A DNA stretch of 64,000 nucleotides, taken from positions 32,001 to 96,000 of the IMG/VR virus record IMGVR_UViG_3300011339_000793. One strand, given 5' to 3'. Source of the DNA: a virus. Positions 61,159-64,000 of this stretch are shown in pieces; the stretch's first letter is position 1, and every line of letters begins with the position of its first letter. Made by a program: the position numbers and the translations under genes. Under the pieces are notes generated by a model. That model was not told where the DNA came from. It saw only the letters and a program-made list of their open reading frames with translations, and searched no databases.

Positions 61159-61440
61159 TTACTCTTTTTGCATAGCCTTGTCAAATTGAGCGTCAAGGTC
61201 GTTGTCCTCTACTGCCTGATGCAGTTCTGCCCTTTGTCGCTCGTCAGCCTGAGCAAGGGCTAGGGCAAGGTTAGCCCTCTCCGCATCTCCGACCTCATCT
61301 ATGGCTTGCCAATCTGCCTCAGACCAATTCTGAGTATCAACAACAACCATGCCATCTGCGACCCCATAGTTTCCATCAAGGGCGAAGTAGTGGTGGTTTT
61401 TGTCAGGTGTCATTTCCTCTTGGCTTATTAATTCACTCAT
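61159..61440 (-). CDS. Hypothetical protein
   Basis: 93 aa; HYFALDGNYG. Confidence 0.75.
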   Translation of the reverse strand: MSELISQEEMTPDKNHHYFALDGNYGVADGMVVVDTQNWSEADWQAIDEVGDAERANLALALAQADERQRAELHQAVEDNDLDAQFDKAMQKE

Positions 61441-61460
61441 TTTACTTTTTGCTACCTCTC

Positions 61461-61610
61461 TTAGTTTATCTCGTAGTTGTTACAGATTTCTTGAACAGCA
61501 TCATTGAGAGTGTTTGACAACAAACTTATTTCGTTGTCAGATAGATGAGCAACCATTTCATCTGTGATTTGTGATTGCCACACAACACCTTTTATAGATA
61601 AGAAACTCAC
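61461..61610 (-). CDS. 49-aa hypothetical protein (GTG start; not in ORF track)
   Basis: GTGA coupling to upstream stop. Confidence 0.55.
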   Translation of the reverse strand: MSFLSIKGVVWQSQITDEMVAHLSDNEISLLSNTLNDAVQEICNNYEIN

Positions 61611-62278
61611 TTCAGCACCTTCAATTCATTATCAACGAATAGTTCTATTACTACTGTCTTGTTAGGACAATCTTTATACCAATCATCTTCATCTTCATCT
61701 CTTTGACAAATACAGTTATCTTCTTCATCTCTATCTACATAATCTTTATGTGAGTTAGGTATGTCGTATTCACGAACAATGCTAGAGCCTTCTTCTGTCC
61801 AAAGGATTTCTCCACCCCAACCTTGTTCTTCTTCATACTCCAAAGTTATTTCTAGTTTTGGATACTGTATAGAAAGTTCTTCAATAACAGGAAGTGGAGG
61901 CGACCACGCAGTATTGAAACGATAACGCAGAGTTGTTGGGTGTTCTTCTTCTAGTGAAGTATCAGAGTATTCATCTTCATCTCTTACTGCTATGTCCCAC
62001 TTAGTTCCCCACTTAGAGTTGTTGAAGTTATACCAGTTGTATTCACTTTCGCCTTGCTTCTCTCCATTGGCGTAGCCATGAGTTCCAAAGTATTCATCTA
62101 ACTTATCGTCAGGTGGCGCAATAATGTTCCAGAAAGAGATAATTGGATTTGAGTAACTAGTAACTTCTTTATCGTTCGCATACCGCTTTTGGATAGGCTT
62201 ACCGAGTTGTGCTTTTACTTTTGCAATCTCTTCTTCTGAACCTTCTATGGTCAGAGTGTTATAGACCCAGTTTGGCAT
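61607..62278 (-). CDS. YubB/Api92-like ferredoxin-like domain protein (DUF1281-like)
   Basis: MPNWVYNTL, WY.FN...WGTKWD, F.TAWSPP, L.Y.EE. Confidence 0.85.
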   Translation of the reverse strand: MPNWVYNTLTIEGSEEEIAKVKAQLGKPIQKRYANDKEVTSYSNPIISFWNIIAPPDDKLDEYFGTHGYANGEKQGESEYNWYNFNNSKWGTKWDIAVRDEDEYSDTSLEEEHPTTLRYRFNTAWSPPLPVIEELSIQYPKLEITLEYEEEQGWGGEILWTEEGSSIVREYDIPNSHKDYVDRDEEDNCICQRDEDEDDWYKDCPNKTVVIELFVDNELKVLK

Positions 62279-62305
62279 CTTGTCTCCTTTCTAAAGACAA
62301 AGCGA

Positions 62306-62334
62306 ACAATACACGCTAGTTATTTTTTTGTCAA
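62306..62334 (-). promoter_or_regulatory. sigma70-type promoter
   Basis: TTGACA-N17-TATTGT-TCGC. Confidence 0.85.
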
Positions 62335-62583
62335 GTGCTTAGTGGTGCGAAACTCAGGAAGTGTGTAATCAGGAAGTCCAAACATAAATCCTCCACCATT
62401 ACCTTCTTCATCTTGCGAGAGGACAAGTTCAACGAGTTCTCCATTTGCAAGTCTTGCTACGAACATTGGAAACCCACGACCTCCAAAGTCATCAGAGTCA
62501 GTTCCCTTGAACCTGAGGATTGTTGCGCCTTCAAGTTGTTTGTAGTAGCCCATGTTCCAGCGTTCTTGTGTTGAGTCTTTCAT
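62320..62583 (-). CDS. Hypothetical protein
   Basis: 87 aa; SQDEEGNGGGF. Confidence 0.75.
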   Translation of the reverse strand: MKDSTQERWNMGYYKQLEGATILRFKGTDSDDFGGRGFPMFVARLANGELVELVLSQDEEGNGGGFMFGLPDYTLPEFRTTKHLTKK

Positions 62584-62592
62584 TTTTACTTT

Positions 62593-62805
62593 TTACTCCT
62601 GTTCCTCTAGGGCACGGCGTTTGTTCTCCAAACGAGTGCGGTTGCGCTTAGTCCTCTTGTCAGCAAACACCTGTGCTTTTTGGTTCAGCACAAAGCGACC
62701 TCGCATACGAAGCAAGCCGTCAAGTGGTTTTATCTTTTTCATTTCCGTATTATAGGGCACGCCGTTCTTTTTGTCAAGCCTTGCTGTCAACCACGCTTGC
62801 AGCAT
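62593..62805 (-). CDS. Small basic hypothetical protein
   Basis: 70 aa; KRTKRNRTR...RRALEE. Confidence 0.6.
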   Translation of the reverse strand: MLQAWLTARLDKKNGVPYNTEMKKIKPLDGLLRMRGRFVLNQKAQVFADKRTKRNRTRLENKRRALEEQE

Positions 62806-63030
62806 TTCCCTCCTGCACTAACTACAAACAATTTAGGCACGCCGTCTTGCCTGGCTACGAAGATTTTTACTTTTTGCTAATCGGCACAGTTGCCTGGCCG
62901 CCGTTACACTTCACAACAACTTTCCGTTCTATACACCCGTGCCGTCAACCTCCCTTGCGCTCGCCGAAGTTTTGGGCAAACAAAAAACGACTTGCCGTTA
63001 GGCAAGCCGTTCTTCGTATCTTAGAAAGGA

Positions 63031-63435
63031 TTATGCGCTTTGCTCGAGCCGTGTTCTGGTTTTCCAACCATCACCTGAGATTTTGATTCGGAATACTTTC
63101 TCAAAGGCTTCTGCTACCGCATTAGAGATGTCGGTATATGTTTCATCACTCTCTCTAAAGAGTGAACCCGCTTCAGGGATTGACGGAATATCCGAGTCCT
63201 CCGTGTAATCACCTAAAATTAAAACTCTGTCGCCTTTCCAGCGACCTGAGATTTCGGTTGCGGGGAAATCCCCACCACCCCGTGCCGGACTTGTCATCAT
63301 CAAGATATACATAGCATCTGCCAATGTTCCCTCGAAGTTGCCCGTATGTTCATACTGCTTGAGCCCTAGACCCAAGCCGTGTGGTTCGACTTTTTCTTTC
63401 TTATCAACATTTACTAAAATGTGATATTGCCCCAT
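63031..63435 (-). CDS. Conserved phage hypothetical protein
   Basis: MGQYH..VN.DKKE, GRWKGDRV..LGDY. Confidence 0.8.
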   Translation of the reverse strand: MGQYHILVNVDKKEKVEPHGLGLGLKQYEHTGNFEGTLADAMYILMMTSPARGGGDFPATEISGRWKGDRVLILGDYTEDSDIPSIPEAGSLFRESDETYTDISNAVAEAFEKVFRIKISGDGWKTRTRLEQSA

Positions 63436-63465
63436 GTGGGTTGCCCTTTCTGTTAGGTTATGCGT

Positions 63466-63495
63466 ATTGTATAACTACAATTACTATTTTGTCAA
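63466..63495 (-). promoter_or_regulatory. sigma70-type promoter
   Basis: TTGACA-N18-TACAAT. Confidence 0.7.
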
Positions 63496-63735
63496 ATCTA
63501 TTGATTCGGCGTGTTCGCTTACCGATTCCGAAATCATATTTGAGATGGCTTCATCATTAGAGTCCAGCCCCCCGTGTTCTTCCATCTCTTTGACTACCTT
63601 AGACCACGCCTCATCTGTAAGGATAACCTCATCAGTTGGTTGATAATCAAAGGTGTCTTTATACCAAACCAAAGCAATGACTTCTTCATCAGGGTCATAC
63701 TTTTGTAGTTGGTCTACTAAATCTCGTGTCTTCAT
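63484..63735 (-). CDS. Small acidic protein, paralog of 56546-56773
   Basis: 83 aa. Confidence 0.75.
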   Translation of the reverse strand: MKTRDLVDQLQKYDPDEEVIALVWYKDTFDYQPTDEVILTDEAWSKVVKEMEEHGGLDSNDEAISNMISESVSEHAESIDLTK

Positions 63736-63971
63736 TACACGGCCTCCTCATTCTCATCTTCAGACCACCCTTGGTCTATTAGACTTTCAAATCCCATATT
63801 AGGGTCTACAGGGTTTGTGGTGACCGCTTGAATAAATCTTAGACCGCAAGAGTCTTCATACCACTCTTGTAAGGTGGCAAACATTTCTTCAGGTGTTGCT
63901 TGCTCTTTTGTAATTAGTGGGTCATAACCATACTCTCGCATTAGTTCGACCTGCTCGTCATCCATTAGCAA
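63735..63971 (-). CDS. Small acidic hypothetical protein
   Basis: 78 aa; WYEDSCGLRFI. Confidence 0.65.
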   Translation of the reverse strand: MLMDDEQVELMREYGYDPLITKEQATPEEMFATLQEWYEDSCGLRFIQAVTTNPVDPNMGFESLIDQGWSEDENEEAV

Positions 63972-64000
63972 ATAAATCTTATGGCAGGTATCCCAAGCAA

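Noticed and set aside
44835-62225. 15-mer-like copies inside coding sequence (44835, 47744, 54207, 62214)
   Set aside because: Explained by Lys-Val/Ser-Lys codons; not counted as regulatory.
41063-64000. tRNA genes in intergenic gaps
   Set aside because: No TΨC-arm (GTTCRANTC) plus cloverleaf found by eye; tRNAscan-SE would settle it.

Overview
64 kb of a tailed dsDNA phage (siphovirus-type; no sheath gene), probably infecting a low-GC Actinomycetota host (inference from portal/capsid type, DUF1360-like gene, SLT/Rpf-like muramidase and TTGAC-N17-TANNNT promoters). 1-41.1 kb is a leftward structural operon: tail fibre (runs off the left edge and is missing from the ORF track), minor tail proteins, Dit, tape measure, tail chaperones, head-tail proteins, major tail protein, capsid with fused scaffold, then an unusual head block: a 1969-aa prohead-protease polyprotein, two proteins with HiPIP-like Cys motifs, a 3213-aa giant carrying an intact DnaQ-type DEDDh exonuclease and a C-terminal HipA/PI3-4K-like kinase, and the portal. 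Head proteins are punctuated by a recurring [LVIMT]-[TV]-A-[ASG] linker that looks like a maturation-protease site, suggesting a polyprotein system for loading cargo into the capsid. A repeat-rich divergent control region (41.1-41.7 kb) is followed by an early region of about 20 near-consensus sigma70-type promoters, many in promoter-SD-microORF-terminator cassettes, with a 15-mer repeated exactly 9 times, structured 5' leaders, paralogous small proteins, a CX5R phosphatase, an Ntn (HslV-like) protease, a WGR protein and a MoxR-AAA/vWA pair. No terminase, polymerase, tRNA or CRISPR array was seen. All family assignments are by eye from motifs; no database search was run.
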